Part shown: piece by piece, positions 1 through 13,132 of the stretch
How the letters are laid out: each line of letters starts with the position of its first letter
How positions within the stretch are numbered: position 1 is the first letter of the stretch
Assembly (NCBI GenBank): GCA_002633005.1
Contig: NMRA01000186.1
Span: 128,935-192,934, forward strand
Direction: 5' to 3'
Length of the DNA stretch: 64,000 nucleotides
Origin: Phoronis australis
Lineage: Eukaryota; Animalia; Phoronida
The notes under the pieces: model-generated
What the model saw: only the letters and a program-made list of their open reading frames with translations
What the model was told of the DNA's origin: nothing
Database searches by the model: none
Position numbers and translations under genes: made by a program

Positions 1-546
1 TTTAATTTGAGTGGTGATTTAAATGAAATAAACTTGAAACGGATGTAGCACTCAAAATTTTGGGTCCTCTTTTGGACCTACCACGGACCAAAGCCCAGGA
101 TTGTCCAGCTTAAGATGCCCCTTTCGCATTCAAACCTTTTGCACTCAAAAGTGGAAAAAAGTCCTGCTAGTTCTCCGAGTACAGTCTTTTGGTTAGCATC
201 ACTTGTGCTTGAGGAAGTCCTCCATGTGCTGCTCTTGATAAACTGAAACAACTTCTCACTACTCCAAAAACACAACTTAGACTACAAAGTTTAAAGCAAT
301 GAGAAAAAGTTGGAAAAAGTAGGAAGTCTTAGAATTTCAGAAAAAAGTAGGAACAGGCCAAAAAAAGTAGGAAAACGTAGGAAAAGTAAGAACACTTGAA
401 AGCCTTCCACTTTCATGTGTGTACAGAAAGCAGCCCAGTCGATTATTCATTATTCAGAATTAGACTCAAATGGGCAGATGACAACACTAAGCATTGTCTG
501 AATATTACTAGTATGTCCTAATACTAAAGTCCCTCTCACCAAATAC

Positions 547-636
547 CTCAGAATCCTCCTGAATGTTGATGGAATCAAACCAGTCCTGAAGAGCACCCAG
601 CAGTGTAACTTTAACTTTCTCTAATACTTTGGCTTT
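547..636 (-). CDS. UBR3: UBR3 exon 10 (gene continues past window start)
   Basis: KAKVLEKVKVTLLGALQDWFDSINIQEDSE; 90 nt, phase 0/0, TAG acceptor and GTATT donor; not in the ORF track. Confidence 0.85.
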
Positions 637-1538
637 CTACAAAAGGATTACAAGAACACGGTAAGTGTGTGTAAATATCATCTTTTTCAGTGAGGCGTGG
701 AATATGTTGCAAGTAGTTTATCCCGTTCAATCCGCCATCATGTGTACAGAGTGCCAGGTATAAACTGCTTTAGACACAGATAGTATCAAATACCGTCTTG
801 TCAGGTTTTCAACAAAACCTGTTTGAATGAAGCCATGATACCTATACATGAGTCCGAGTCTAGATTGCATTAAGAAGATGGATCATTTTAATAAAAACAG
901 AATTAGGTTTTTGCACCTTCAAAGAGACAAATTGACGTATAGAGCTGTGATTAACAAAACTCTCCAAGCCTGTGATGCAAGAACCATCCATCGCAATACA
1001 ATGAAGACAAACTTGATGATTTTTAAGAGCATCCAATAAGACCTTAAGTTAGCTTACAGACAAAGACTTCACTTTCATTTCTTATAATGAACATTTTTGC
1101 TAATTTCCCTCCATTTCTTCACATAACTCCCAAGTACGATCCCATTTCAAGATTCCCACAGACAAAACTCTACAAAGCCTGTCACAGGTAGCACAACAGC
1201 TGGTCACATCATATTTGTGGAGTCATGTTCTTTAAATCCCGACATAAAAACACATATTGTAAACCTTGATTTCCAAGGTTCACTAATTCACCAGATTTTT
1301 AGGTTTTAATATTTTGACCAATAGGACTTATGTTCCATGACAAGTAAAACAAAGCAGTAAATGACTTTCTAAAACTGCTCTGAGGTGGTGGCGAGTTACA
1401 ACAATCATTAAAATCTCTTGGTCTATTTACACCGCCCTTTTGTCTATTGACACTGTCACAATGTTTTGGTTGGTCTATTATACGGCCATCGTCAGGTGCT
1501 CCTGCGTTCGTACACTCATGGTGTGATTTTTTGTACAA

Positions 1539-1609
1539 GGCAGGATTTGAACCCACGACTTCTGAAACTACAGGTAATTTGAATCCAGCACCTTAACCAC
1601 TACACCACT
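1539..1609 (-). pseudogene. tRNA-derived sequence (tRNA pseudogene or SINE head)
   Basis: Minus strand GTGGTGTAGTGGTTAAGG (A box) ... GGTTCAAATCC (B box); degenerate stems. Confidence 0.6.
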
Positions 1610-1853
1610 ACTTAAACCTTCCTAGTAGACTGAGCCAGGTGTCACTTGGTTGCTTGCTTGGCTGACTGAAGACATTGCCTTACTACATGGCTTCCTTGAC
1701 CTTTCTCTTGGTCCAAATAGACCAAGAGATTTTAGTAATAGCTGTAAAGCAGAAAATTATATAAAATACGCAGAAAATTAGTAGACTGAAGTCGCTGATA
1801 AACATTACCTTCCCTTAGCACAGAGAAATTCACCTAAACATATTAAAACTCAC

Positions 1854-1987
1854 CTCTCCTTTACAGGTAGACACCAGCGACCAGACAGGAGAGGCAGAGA
1901 TCTCCAGCTCAGCAGCATACGCATTGTAATATGTGTCCGGCTCAAACTCTACGTGTTGCTCGAGCTCACGCTGATTCAGATTCATAC
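1854..1987 (-). CDS. UBR3: UBR3 exon 9
   Basis: GMNLNQRELEQHVEFEPDTYYNAYAAELEISASPVW, conserved motif; GTGAG donor. Confidence 0.94.
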
Positions 1988-2060
1988 CTTTAACATGACA
2001 GCACCGGTAATAACTTTTAAGAAGTCTTCCAAATTGACTGGGCAGTGTTATTATATCACT

Positions 2061-2062
<2 letters not shown>

Positions 2063-2116
<54 letters not shown>
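2063..2116. repeat. (AC)n microsatellite
   Basis: Perfect AC run. Confidence 0.98.
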
Positions 2117-2121
<5 letters not shown>

Positions 2122-2951
2122 GAACTTTGATTGCAGCATATTTGCACATGTCGAGGTCCAGTCCATGAATTTTTAGTATTCAAAAAAGATAACCAATCCC
2201 ATTCAAATGTTTTGCATTCAGACATAGACCCACAATCTTCCCTTATAGGCATTCATCCTACTGACACAATGCTAATTCTGTCCGTTAAAGAGCTCCCACC
2301 ATGACCCTTAATACATACAGAGATTTAATAGCCTTTAGTATACCTGTTGCCAAGAAACGAGCAAAAATTTTTAAAAATATGTTTTTCTGTTATCAGGGTT
2401 GTACGTAATGAGTGGAACACCATCTCTGCCATTGTTGCTTTTACCAGTGTGATAATGACATGTTGTGAGGAAAGTCCACGTAGAGCAGCCATTTTCAGAC
2501 ATGAAAGGTGCGTTTGTGGAAGCTGTAGTAACAGTAACTTCAAGTTGATTGAGAAAGTCTCTGAGTTCAATTTCTTGAATACGTGAAAGTTGCGGTTTGT
2601 GTGCTGCACAAGAGTGTGGAATGTCACACTTCGTTCGGCACATTTCAAGGAATCCTGTATCCGCGTCGACCATTTCATATTTAGCCAACTGGAACCTCAA
2701 AAACTCAGGAAATGCATGGTGGGAACTCTTTAAACAAAAGGATATCCCAGTTACTTAAAAAGCAACAGATTATAGTCAGAAGAGGGACACAGATCTTCCC
2801 CAACCTCCCCTCTCCCCGTCCCCAATTACCATCACAGTTTCACTTACAAGCCCACCCTCACATACAAGCCAGAAGACCAGCTTGTTCACAAAATCAATGA
2901 TACACAAATTTTAACAAAAAAATATGGAACCAAAGCTAGTCATACAAGTAC

Positions 2952-3131
2952 CTTGGAAATATGTGAGCAACTCAAACCACAGCTCCAGTAGCTTATTATC
3001 GTTGAGAAACTTCATACAGACTGACTGGTGAGACAGGATGTTGATAAGGTCACTAATAACTGGCCAGTAGCAGCGGTCCTTCAGAATGTCCTTACTACAC
3101 TCAACAACCATGTGGAAGTTCTGCTCTGAGT
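2952..3131 (-). CDS. UBR3: UBR3 exon 8
   Basis: DSEQNFHMVVEC...YWPVISDLINILSH...LLTYFQ; phase 1/1. Confidence 0.93.
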
Positions 3132-3825
3132 CTACAACAGTGAAGCAATCTCAAAATACAATTTATTAATGGCCTCTTTGATCGGACTTCTTTCAGCCAG
3201 AGCATCCAACAACTGACACAGTAAGCCCTTCTTATAATGACTGCAGGAAAAGCATGAGTAATGTAGTTAGTAGAGGACCAAGCCAAGAAATTTCTATGAA
3301 TAATGGGAATTTGTGAACCTAATGTGCTGAAGAATATGTGCATCATGCTTCTGTGCTAAACAAACTTGAGGCTATTCGATTCGGATTCATTACTAAAGCT
3401 TAGCAAAAATTCTTAAATGTGCAACAAATGTAATTGCTACAATTGTCCTATTTCTTTTTTTCAGAGCCTCAACTTGTTACTGCAAATGTTTTGGCTTTTA
3501 TGAAATGTAGTTTTGTAATAGCTATACCACAAAAACATGCTACACGCAATGTGACAAAATGAAATTTCACCTGCTCCATTGTGTTCAAAACCAAAGAATT
3601 TTTATTGTACTATCTTTTGTGTGCCGCAAAATAAAAGATAAAATTCAATGGTAACTGTTATTATAAACAAGCCATCTGCAGAAAATAGTATTTTTTGATA
3701 ATTAAAAAATTATTAATAATCAGATATCATTTATTAGTATAACATCGGTATCAACTAGTTCGTTACACACATCAAAGGTTATTTCTGTACTTGGCACAGA
3801 CTGACAATTTGTTATTTCTCAAGAC

Positions 3826-4210
3826 CAGGGTCTGTGGACTAATCTTTGTACTCGAAATCAAATTAATTAATTTTTGACACTTTTCATTCTACTTATGAGC
3901 AGAACCGAGTGCTTGAGTTGAAGCTGATGAACGTCTAGTACAAGTTCACATTTGATGACCACTACATTCGAGCTACAAATGCAAGCAAAACCTCGAGATT
4001 TCGAGTAAAAACTCTAAATTTCAAGTTGAGACTAGAACAGTGTTAATGTTGGGATAATTAAGTGCAAGCCAAGATCTGACACTCACCCAGATAAACTATT
4101 GTATTACAGCATAAAATATTAAACACTTATTTTACTTTGCACAAAAATAGAGCTGAAAATGTCAAAAATAATTCTGAATTTGATTTCAAGTACAAAGGTT
4201 AGACCCAGGG
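3826..4210. mobile_element. MITE with about 65-bp imperfect terminal inverted repeats
   Basis: CTAATCTTTGTACTCGAAATCAAATT near 3839 mirrored by AATTTGATTTCAAGTACAAAGGTTAG near 4202. Confidence 0.65.
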
Positions 4211-5370
4211 CAAGTTTCAATAAGACAACTGTTCATGGAAGTCACTTTAGGCACCTAGCATGCTCCCAAGCAATAGAAAACTGTGAGTTCTTTCCAAGTC
4301 AAGAAATCACTTCTCAGTAAGTAGGTATTCAAGGGAACAGGTCAAGACCAGGTTTATAGCAGCAAGATGTCTACATCAAAAATTAGTTGCTGTCACAGAG
4401 GGCAGGCTTACAACAGATTTTATATTATCAACTAGGAACTTGTCGACTTGTCAGTGCAATTAGATTATGTAGGACCTGGTCAACTTATCGGTGTATTTAG
4501 ATTATGCAGGACCTTAACTACAAAACTAAAAGTCTAAACTCAGTTAGAAAAAGTGCACTTTCTGAAAGTAAAAATGTTGTACACTTTGATTTTGGACTTT
4601 ACAGCAGTCTGCTATTAATTGGATCACACAACCACGAGTTTTATTGAAGTTAAGCAAAAAAAGAACTATGTACATTCACAACAAAACAACGGTATCAATA
4701 ACAAGTCTAGACCAAATTCTGTTTGGAAATGTATAACATGAAATCTCTAAAACGTTGTTACACTTTTCTAAATTATCATTTTGAATTCATATGTTAGTTT
4801 TCATAAAAATCATTAATAAAAATCCTATTTCTGATAAACCCTCATGCAACAACGAAAAACTTCAAAAACATTAATCCTAACAGCAGTTAAGAGAAAAGTG
4901 CATAAATTATAGTGTGTGAAAATTTCATATAAATCCGTCCAAGCATTTCTGAGATATGATGCTCCAAATTTGTCAAATTTGGCCAGAACCTTAAAATATC
5001 TGACAACTTGATAGTGGCTAACAAACACTGATTACAGGTGTCACCCCTGGACAACTGATAACTTGATGCAGATGGTCATGATAGCAAAATGAAGTTGTGG
5101 TACATTTTTGTTTTTCATCCTGAACCATAGGTTGGCAGTCGTAAATATTTCACCATTCTAAAGACTCTGTTTAAGCTGAACACTAAGATTCTTGTTAGAA
5201 AAGTATCTTGATTTATTTTTTGACAACACTACAGAAATCAGACACAGCCCGGTGATAAGCTGGATTTCACAAGATAATCTCTTAACATGTTGTTAAATCA
5301 AGGTGTCATCAATACAAAGACTCATAGCAAAAGATACCAGCAGCTGGTCACACTGATAGCGTTTGAAGCA

Positions 5371-6073
5371 ATGTGGAACAGAGCGCCTCTTGTCCTGGGC
5401 TTTCTTGCCCTTCTGGTGACCGTTGATAGTCAAACTCAAGCTCCAGTGTCTAACAACCAGCTTTATACAATAATTTTGTCCTCGATCAATCAACTAAAAA
5501 CGTCGCAGGATGACATCAGTAATTTGCTGACAACACTGCTGTCCTACCTTCAAAAGCCGCAATGTCAACAGTTTGTGCTTGACAAGCTGTCAAGCATGGA
5601 GAGAAGCATCTCTCTACTGCAAAAGGAGATCGTTCGTCGTGCCGGTGAAGATTCGAAAGCTTGTCAGAAGGCTGTCGAGAACAAAGTCGACACACTGGAA
5701 GCAACTATCAAGAACCAATCCCGTTTGCAGATAGAATCATGTTCCCGGCAAGGCAACACCCTACAGAAATCATGTCCTGAGAACTTCCTTCAATTCAACG
5801 ACTCCTGTTATGTATTCGTCAACACTCAGCTCACGTGGTTGGCAGCTAGGCAGCGGTGCAATAGCCTTCTAGCAGACCTCGTCTCCATAGAGACAGCGGA
5901 CGAGAGTGAGTTCCTAAAAAGTCTAGTCCACCAGACACTTCAAAGTCAATCAAAGTATTTGGTGGCAGATGTCTGGACTAGTGGGTCAGACAGGGAGCAC
6001 GAGGGACAGTGGACATGGGAATCAACTGGCAAGAAAATCATCAAAGGGAAGTCATATACCAACTGGCAAAACG
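5371..6073 (+). CDS. Secreted C-type lectin (perlucin-like), exon 1, nested in UBR3 intron 7
   Basis: Signal peptide MWNRAPLVLGFLALLVTVDS, heptad neck, CTLD motifs CPENF..FNDSCY, WLAARQRC, LVSIET.DE, VWTSGSD...GQWTW, YTNW; GTAAG donor at 6074. Confidence 0.92.
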
Positions 6074-6768
6074 GTAAGAGCATAGGAAGCACTTAGTGGT
6101 TGATATGCAATTTAAACTTGACCATGGCCTAACTGACATTGCCAGATGGTCTACAAAATCCCACCCCAACAGCCAAAGTGAAATGAATGAGACATCCATT
6201 TCGAAAAATACTTGTTATGCAATAGTCACACAAAGCTTAGATTATCCTGAAAGTGTTAACAAAACGTAACATTAAACAGTGTTGATTTCACTGTGGGAAG
6301 ACTTCAAGATGCACCCAGTAACCAAACTATTTCACAGACATTCATTAATTGTTAAATCAAGCGGTATGTCAAAAATGGCCAACATACCTTATTAAATAAG
6401 ATAAAACAAGATAAGAATGAACTGGTTTTACTAAGCCAATAATAACACACATGAACTCTGTACTGACCACAATAAAACCATGGAAAATAAGAAACTTTCA
6501 CTTGCCTCATTTTAGAACTCAATTTTGTAGTGACTGTAGCAAAATTAAACGAAACCATTCAACACGTCATTGTGTGAAATGAAGGTCCCAAGACATTGTC
6601 TAAACAGAGCTCAGTATAGCTTTATGTTTAATATTTTAAATTCCTATAATATTGTTCTCGTAAACAGTTACTATTACCCACAGTTGCTGTATTGTTGCTA
6701 TTTCATGTCAGTCCTTGAAATTGAACGTTTTTGGGCAGTTGACTGAAATGAATATTTTTTACAAACAG

Positions 6769-6887
6769 GAAATCCAGGAAGGATTCTATCTGGTGACTGC
6801 TTGGCGCTAAAAAGGGCAAATTTTCCGAAATGGAGTGCAAACCTATGTCTGGGACAAGCCAACTATATTTGTGAAATGAAGCTCTGA
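6769..6887 (+). CDS. C-type lectin exon 2 (terminal)
   Basis: Phase-1 join gives GNPGRILSGDCLALKRANFPKWSANLCLGQANYICEMKL*, completing the CTLD cysteines; AATAAA near 7097. Confidence 0.9.
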
Positions 6888-7839
6888 AAGACAGAGGTTT
6901 TAATGTTCTTCACACTGCGCATAGTAGAGTTTATTGAACAGAGCATTTAAGACATACTTAGAAATTAATGTGCAAAAACTTGCATATGATATGTGCCTTT
7001 CTGTAATCTCTCAAAACAGCAATGGCAAGTTACAAGCCTCCTCCAGGAATTTATTTCAATATCAATTGTCTAAACTCTATTTCACAAGTTTCTATCAATA
7101 AAATAACAGAAGCATAGCTGAGAGTTAAATAACTGCAATCCAAATTTTACTGCATTTATAACTAAACTGAGCTGTCATAATAGACCCATTGCGAATTACA
7201 CAGCAACAGAAGTCTTTTAAGTGAACCAAGACTTGACTTGGCAACATGCAAGTCGCCAATGTCACCTCAGATTTTGTTTGGCAATCTGGCAACAATCGCA
7301 GATCGACAAGAAGTCCCCACGCACGCATCCCAGAACAAAATTATACTGACAGGAAGTAAACAGATGGAAGTCCGAATCATTTGGTGAAAATTGGAAGGGT
7401 CCGTTTGTGATTCATGTACAGGTAATGTTTGCCAATCATGTTCACCAGCATCAGGAGGTCAGCCTGTGCAATAGTTACTGGGCCCGTGAGGGGCAATTGG
7501 TCATCACTGACCACACAAGAAACTAAAAATCAGGTGACTTTGGGTACATAGGCAGACATTTGCTGAATTCCTAGATTTTCACTTCAGCAAGTTGATTGTT
7601 TTATTTTCAGCTCATGCAAACAAGGCTTGGCGACCTTATTTTCCCCTTGGCGACCTAGGAATTTTGTCAAGTCACATATGGTGAATTGATGTTATGATAA
7701 CTGTCAAGCTCGGTACACTATGGCCAATCAGCACTAGCTTTAATATTTTCCTAACTTAGACACCTTCATATTAAACAAAAATCTTGTGAAAATTACGATG
7801 CTTGCTTTAGAAATCAACATAAATTTAATGTCAACATAC

Positions 7840-8068
7840 CTTGCATTTCACTTTGTGTAATAATTCCCCGAATCATATAGTCCAGACTCGTCACCATAAT
7901 GTATAGTAGATTGTATTCCTCCACCATTTTTAGGGCAAATGTCTCATTACTGAACAGCTGTACACTGACGTGGACTACTTTGTTAGCAATGGAGTTACGA
8001 TCAATGGAGTTGACAAGAGCAGACGACATGCGACTGTAATGCCGGACGAAGGCTCTGGTGAATTCCAT
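7840..8068 (-). CDS. UBR3: UBR3 exon 7
   Basis: MEFTRAFVRHYSR...ANKVVHVSVQLFSNE, conserved UBR motif; canonical splice sites. Confidence 0.94.
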
Positions 8069-8744
8069 CTGGAATGATCACATCGAAGATTATTTTAGTT
8101 GATTTTGAATAGGAAAACCTGACAAGCAAAACACAGCTGCAGCAAGTGTGGATGGTCAAACAAAAAGAGCACACTGCAGTAAACCTATGTGTTCTGTCAC
8201 ACAACTAAACATCATAAAGCCCAGTGCCTTTAGGCACACACCATCAGACACAACTTATAGGTAATCACCACCCTTCACCAAGTTCTTTCACCGTTCAATG
8301 TTTCAGCCCATAAAACTTTACGTTTTCTCGATCCTTGATGACTGAAAACTTTTTTTAACTCATGCCTTAAAACGGCATAGTTGGCACACATCATATGACC
8401 GCTATATTGAGTCTTTAACTCGAAACTAGTAACACACATACATATTACTTTCTAGTAAACCCAAAAGTAGAACAGATATGCTAGTACTATTTGCAGTACC
8501 TTAAAGCAAATAGGCAGTTCTCTGCAGTCACTGATGGTTATAATAGCAGATTAAGCCTAATTTAACTAATAAATGCTCGGTATCTACTAAGAGCTTGACT
8601 GTGCGATATACACCGTCCTGCAATCAATAAATGTCTAGGCTGCTATTAGAACTTTGAAGGTATTGTTGGGATGAAAAACAGAATACACAAGAACCGACAT
8701 AGCATTGTGCTTTGTACGCAATCTTGAATGTCTGAATCGCATAC

Positions 8745-8878
8745 CTTGTAGGAGTCATCAGGTAACATGCCTAACAGCCAGGTTACAATATGCTGGGGGA
8801 ACTCGTATTTGACTATCCAGAAGAGCAGCTCCTCTAGAAATGTGCTGTGTTCCAACTCTTCTTCAAAGCCAGGTTTAC
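8745..8878 (-). CDS. UBR3: UBR3 exon 6
   Basis: GKPGFEEELEHSTFLEELLFWIVKYEFPQHIVTWLLGMLPDDSYK, conserved UBR3 block; canonical splice sites. Confidence 0.93.
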
Positions 8879-9049
8879 CTAGCAGTGCAACATAAAACAA
8901 GATGTTCTATCACACCTGGTTGTTGCATGTTATGCCAAGCTAGAGACCACAAAGGGCAAACTGCACCTTTGAGGAATTCCAGTATTGAGATACAATCTTT
9001 GAAATGGCACCTCACGTGTTAATAATGGGAAAGTGATGACAGAATTTAA

Positions 9050-10353
9050 AGCCGAAGGCAACTTTTTTTCATGTCATTATTAGCAAAAATAGGGTTCGTT
9101 GATTATCCCAGACATATTTTTCACTTATTTATAGCTTTTCATAATTTAATTAATTACTCGTCGTCTACCCCGGAAGCAACGTTTTGGGAGGCAAGAATTT
9201 CGCGCCAATTTCTTTTCGTACAGTCTGACAGTGAGAGCAGTCAAGTCAGTCATTGTTCTACCTCGGTGGTGATAAGTTCGGTCGTCGTGTGCTTTTGTTT
9301 ATGAGTCAGTCAACATGCCACGCTGTTGCTGCCTACCGAGATGTACTCATTATCGTCTCACGTACAGAGGAAGAACTGTCCCACTTGCCCGGGTGTACCG
9401 CGATACACTCCCAGTGGATGGTGACTTGAGCACCCAAACTGCTTACAAAGTCCCGCTGTGCGACTCCCTCGTCACACACGTGGCACCTTCTAAATAGCTC
9501 CAATACAAGTCTACAATAAACTTATCAAACTTAGGCTAAGCGATCTGTTCATTGGATGACAAACTGTACTTTTCACTGGGTGTCAAACTGGGCCTGTATT
9601 CAATCCCACTACTCAACATCGCTGCAGGGCTGCTTACAGGCTCTGGGCTAGAGACAACAGCACACGGGGAATCACTGCTAGTTCCTGGAATTGCACGCTA
9701 TGGGCTACGTTCGGAGGCATGGATGACAGTAGATGAAGTGCCTCCAGTCACTGCTTATAGTGGCCACAGCTCGCGAGGCTTCTAGCTTCAAAAACGCACT
9801 TATCGGGGGTTGCAACGGGGCACTGCCAGGAATCAGCAGCGACGGTATGGAACCCTTCTTCAGGCGTTGTTTCGCAGGGACCTTCATCAATTCAGCGTAC
9901 ATATCTGTCGCAATCTGACAGCTGAAAAAGCTTGCCAATGCTTTGTACGTTGCGTGAGCAGGTATCATTGCGTTCTTCACACAAACAAGCTAGCCAAGTA
10001 CGGCGAAGTGTGTCGTCCTTTGGAAAGCGATGCAAGGTACCCAAAGCGCGTGTGAGACGATAATGACTACATCCTGGTACGAAGCAACAGCGTGGCATGT
10101 TGACTGACTCTTAAACAAAAACAAATGACGATCGAACATATGACATCCGAGGTAGAACTTTGACTAACTTGACAGTTCTCACAGTCCCGACTGTATGAAA
10201 AGAAATTCTTGCCTCCCAAAACGTCACTTCCGGAGTAGAGGACGAGAAATTAATTAAATTACGAAAAGCTGCAATTAAGTGAAAAATATGTCTGGGATAA
10301 TCAGCAGACCTTATTTTTGCTAAGACTGACATGAAAAAAGGTTGCCTTCGCCT
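9050..10353 (-). mobile_element. Kolobok-like DNA transposon derivative with about 310-bp inverted arms and a frameshifted THAP transposase fragment
   Basis: TTAA on both flanks (9046-9049, 10354-10357); AG...CT termini; minus-strand MPRCCFVPGC..LHRFPKD..RRTW..LKKGSIPSL (THAP), then KFIVD..LELFRRCHVC..GAQVTIHWECIAVHPGKWDSS. Confidence 0.85.
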
Positions 10354-10895
10354 TTAAGAAAAAGTCTGCAAAACAGAAAGGTCGACACGTTACTTAGGGC
10401 TTCTACAGGCCCATTGACAGACATTATGTGCTTTAATTTCACTGTTCATAATCAGCAAGTCTACCAGCCTTATTGAGTAGTTTTACAAGACTGTTAAATG
10501 TTTTTCTTAGCTATGGCAGTTTTCACTAAACTGCTTTTATTCCAAAGCATTCTTTTCATATGCTTTAAAAGAAACACCAACCAACATGGTGATCTCACAC
10601 GTTATAAATGTAAATAATACCCAAAATCAGTGAATAAATGAATTGCATACTTTAGTCATGCAAAACCCTTAATGTAAGGGTCTTACATTAAACAAATGGT
10701 TCATTCAATAAACATTAGAAACAAAGAACAATGTTTCACGTAAAAACAACGGTTTATGCCCTACAATCACCACAAGAAATTTCTCGCGTCCTTTGCCTGG
10801 ATAAACTCGTACTCCTCCAATAAGACAACAAAGCAAAGTGAAGTAAACTGCAGCAGACAAGTTTTATGCACAGATTTGTCAACACCAAAAACAAA

Positions 10896-11030
10896 CACAT
10901 AGTCATGTGAATATGTGTATTCACATAGTCATGTGAATATGTGTATTCACATAGTCATGTGAATATGTGTATTCACATAGTCATGTGAATATGTGTATTC
11001 ACATAGTCATGTGAATATGTGTATTCACAT
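10896..11030. repeat. 26-bp minisatellite, about 5 copies
   Basis: Unit CACATAGTCATGTGAATATGTGTATT. Confidence 0.95.
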
Positions 11031-11550
11031 GAAAATACATTTTGGATCCCACAGTCACAACATAGTCAAAGACATTGAGCTGTTTAACTCAGTCACTGGC
11101 AGAATTGTGACAGTTCAAAACATCACCTCACCAAATCTAGTTCAGGGTAGACAATATTCATCAATACCAACATTGTTTTGTTACAAACATTATTCTCTCC
11201 ACTACTGATAAATTTAATATTTTCTCATGCACCAGATTTCTGTTCCTTGGAACACATTTCCTTCCTCTCGCACCAAAATCTCACACTCTAACAGGAGTCA
11301 CAGCCAAATATTACTTGACACACCGGTCTGTATACAACTGGATGCAACTGCAATTCATGGGAAGCAAACAAAATTACAGTACAGGAGAAAAGAAATTAAT
11401 ACAGTAGTGAGGAAAGAATTATATTCATAACAAAAGAATAGACGAGTAAACAACAATGCCCCAAGTGTAAATTAGGGAAAAGTATTAGCTCCCCTGCAGT
11501 TTCAGCTGCTGAATACAACTGTGACATTCTCAGATGTTCGGTTGACGTAC

Positions 11551-11652
11551 CTTTCATATACTCAGGTATGGGAGGACAGTCGAGAGTTTTGACCGCCTTC
11601 AGGTAGTTGGCCCGGCTCTGGGCTTCCTTCTCATTAGAGCCAGGTCGATCTC
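11551..11652 (-). CDS. UBR3: UBR3 exon 5
   Basis: GDRPGSNEKEAQSRANYLKAVKTLDCPPIPEYMK; 102 nt, phase 1/1, canonical splice sites. Confidence 0.8.
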
Positions 11653-12513
11653 CTGAAGAATAAGGATTAAACTTTAACAACAGCAAAATGCAGCAGTGCA
11701 AAACAAGGAAGAACTTTCCTATGACGAGATGTTTTTGAAAATCCACATAATTTCACTGATTATGATAGCCACACACAATTCGGCAACTGTCATGCATCCT
11801 ATTTCCATGTGTTGCCATGGTTGCACAGCACAACTTGCCAGCACACAGAGCTGCCCTCTACCTGTAATCAGATTCATGAGATCTGCAGAATTACCACATG
11901 ACTAGTTTACGTCTAAAAATAGCTATATCGAGAATGTGTGCAAGAGCATATCCTGCAAGAGTGTGAGTTATAGAGCCCAGGCCACCAATCAAATCATGCG
12001 GCTTCGACCACACATGGCAAACACTATCCAATAACAATGAAATTTTGATGCCGTGTAGCACAAACTTATGCACCGCTCATGATGTGGCAACTATTGTGCG
12101 ACAAGTACGCACTACCGATGCTTCATCATGGGTGGCAACCATTAGTACCGGGAGGATCATGCAACAAAGATATAGACTTGAAATCTGATTTAAATAATTT
12201 GGTCCGATTCTAAGTGTATTTGACGTTACAAGTGGTTCTCTGAAACCTGTTTCACCACAACTTTTGCCAGTTGACCACATGCAGTTACTGGAGACTGTGC
12301 CCTCAGCCAAAAGGCAGGAAAACGAAAAGGGCAACTAAGGACAAGAAGACTATTGTCCAACACCTATTCTGGAATAGACTACACACGGTTTACTGAAAAA
12401 GTAAAAAATGCGCTTTTCTTTTTGAAATTTTTTACCGTTCCCCAAAGACAAAATTTGCAGAAGTCGCACCTGGGCTAGTGAACAGACACACACCCATACT
12501 GTAGCAGTCGTAC

Positions 12514-12657
12514 CTGTGAGCATCTTGTAGCACTCGGAGTTAGTAAGCGCCTTGGTGACAACCCCCCTCATGGCAGCACCCATGTCACTGAGACTGTGGA
12601 GGAACCTCATGTACAGTTCAGAGTCTTGCATTGCTACTACGTATGCGTTCAACATGT
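12514..12657 (-). CDS. UBR3: UBR3 exon 4
   Basis: DMLNAY...FLHSLSDMGAAMRGVVTKALT; CAG acceptor, GTACG donor, phase 1/1. Confidence 0.88.
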
Positions 12658-13132
12658 CTGAAAACGCAGAATATTATTAGGTGGCTATAAACCCAAATTC
12701 CATCCAAGAAAAAAACTTATGATTTTGACAACTTTCCGTTATAAAACTGTCTTTCCTTGTTTCTAACTCTGATAAGAAGTGGTTTCTGGATTTGCAAAGT
12801 ACTGGTAGTGCGTTAATCCTCGAGACCGTGTTCGGACCCTAAAATTACACGCCAAGACAATGCAACTTGTGAACTCTGATCAGAAGCAATAACCAACTGT
12901 CAGTACGTTTTGAAGTCCTGATATCATATTCAATTTGACTAAGGAATAATTTGCAACCAAGTTCATAACAACAAGTGGTTCAAATCAAGACTTTTTCATG
13001 GTGGGAATCGGGTTTGTACTAGGCACATCAAGTAATTACTATAAGTTGATAATGTAAAAACAACAACAACACTGTGTCATAGATGAGGCGGCCTTAGGCA
13101 CGTGACTGCAAGAACAATGCTGCGTTTTTCCT

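Noticed and set aside
1988-2252. N-terminal part of the 140-aa ORF containing a CVCVCV run
   Set aside because: Intron read-through across the (AC)n microsatellite; only 1854-1987 is exon
5287-5370. Upstream ATG extending the lectin ORF
   Set aside because: The signal peptide starts at ATG 5371; the extension is more likely 5' UTR
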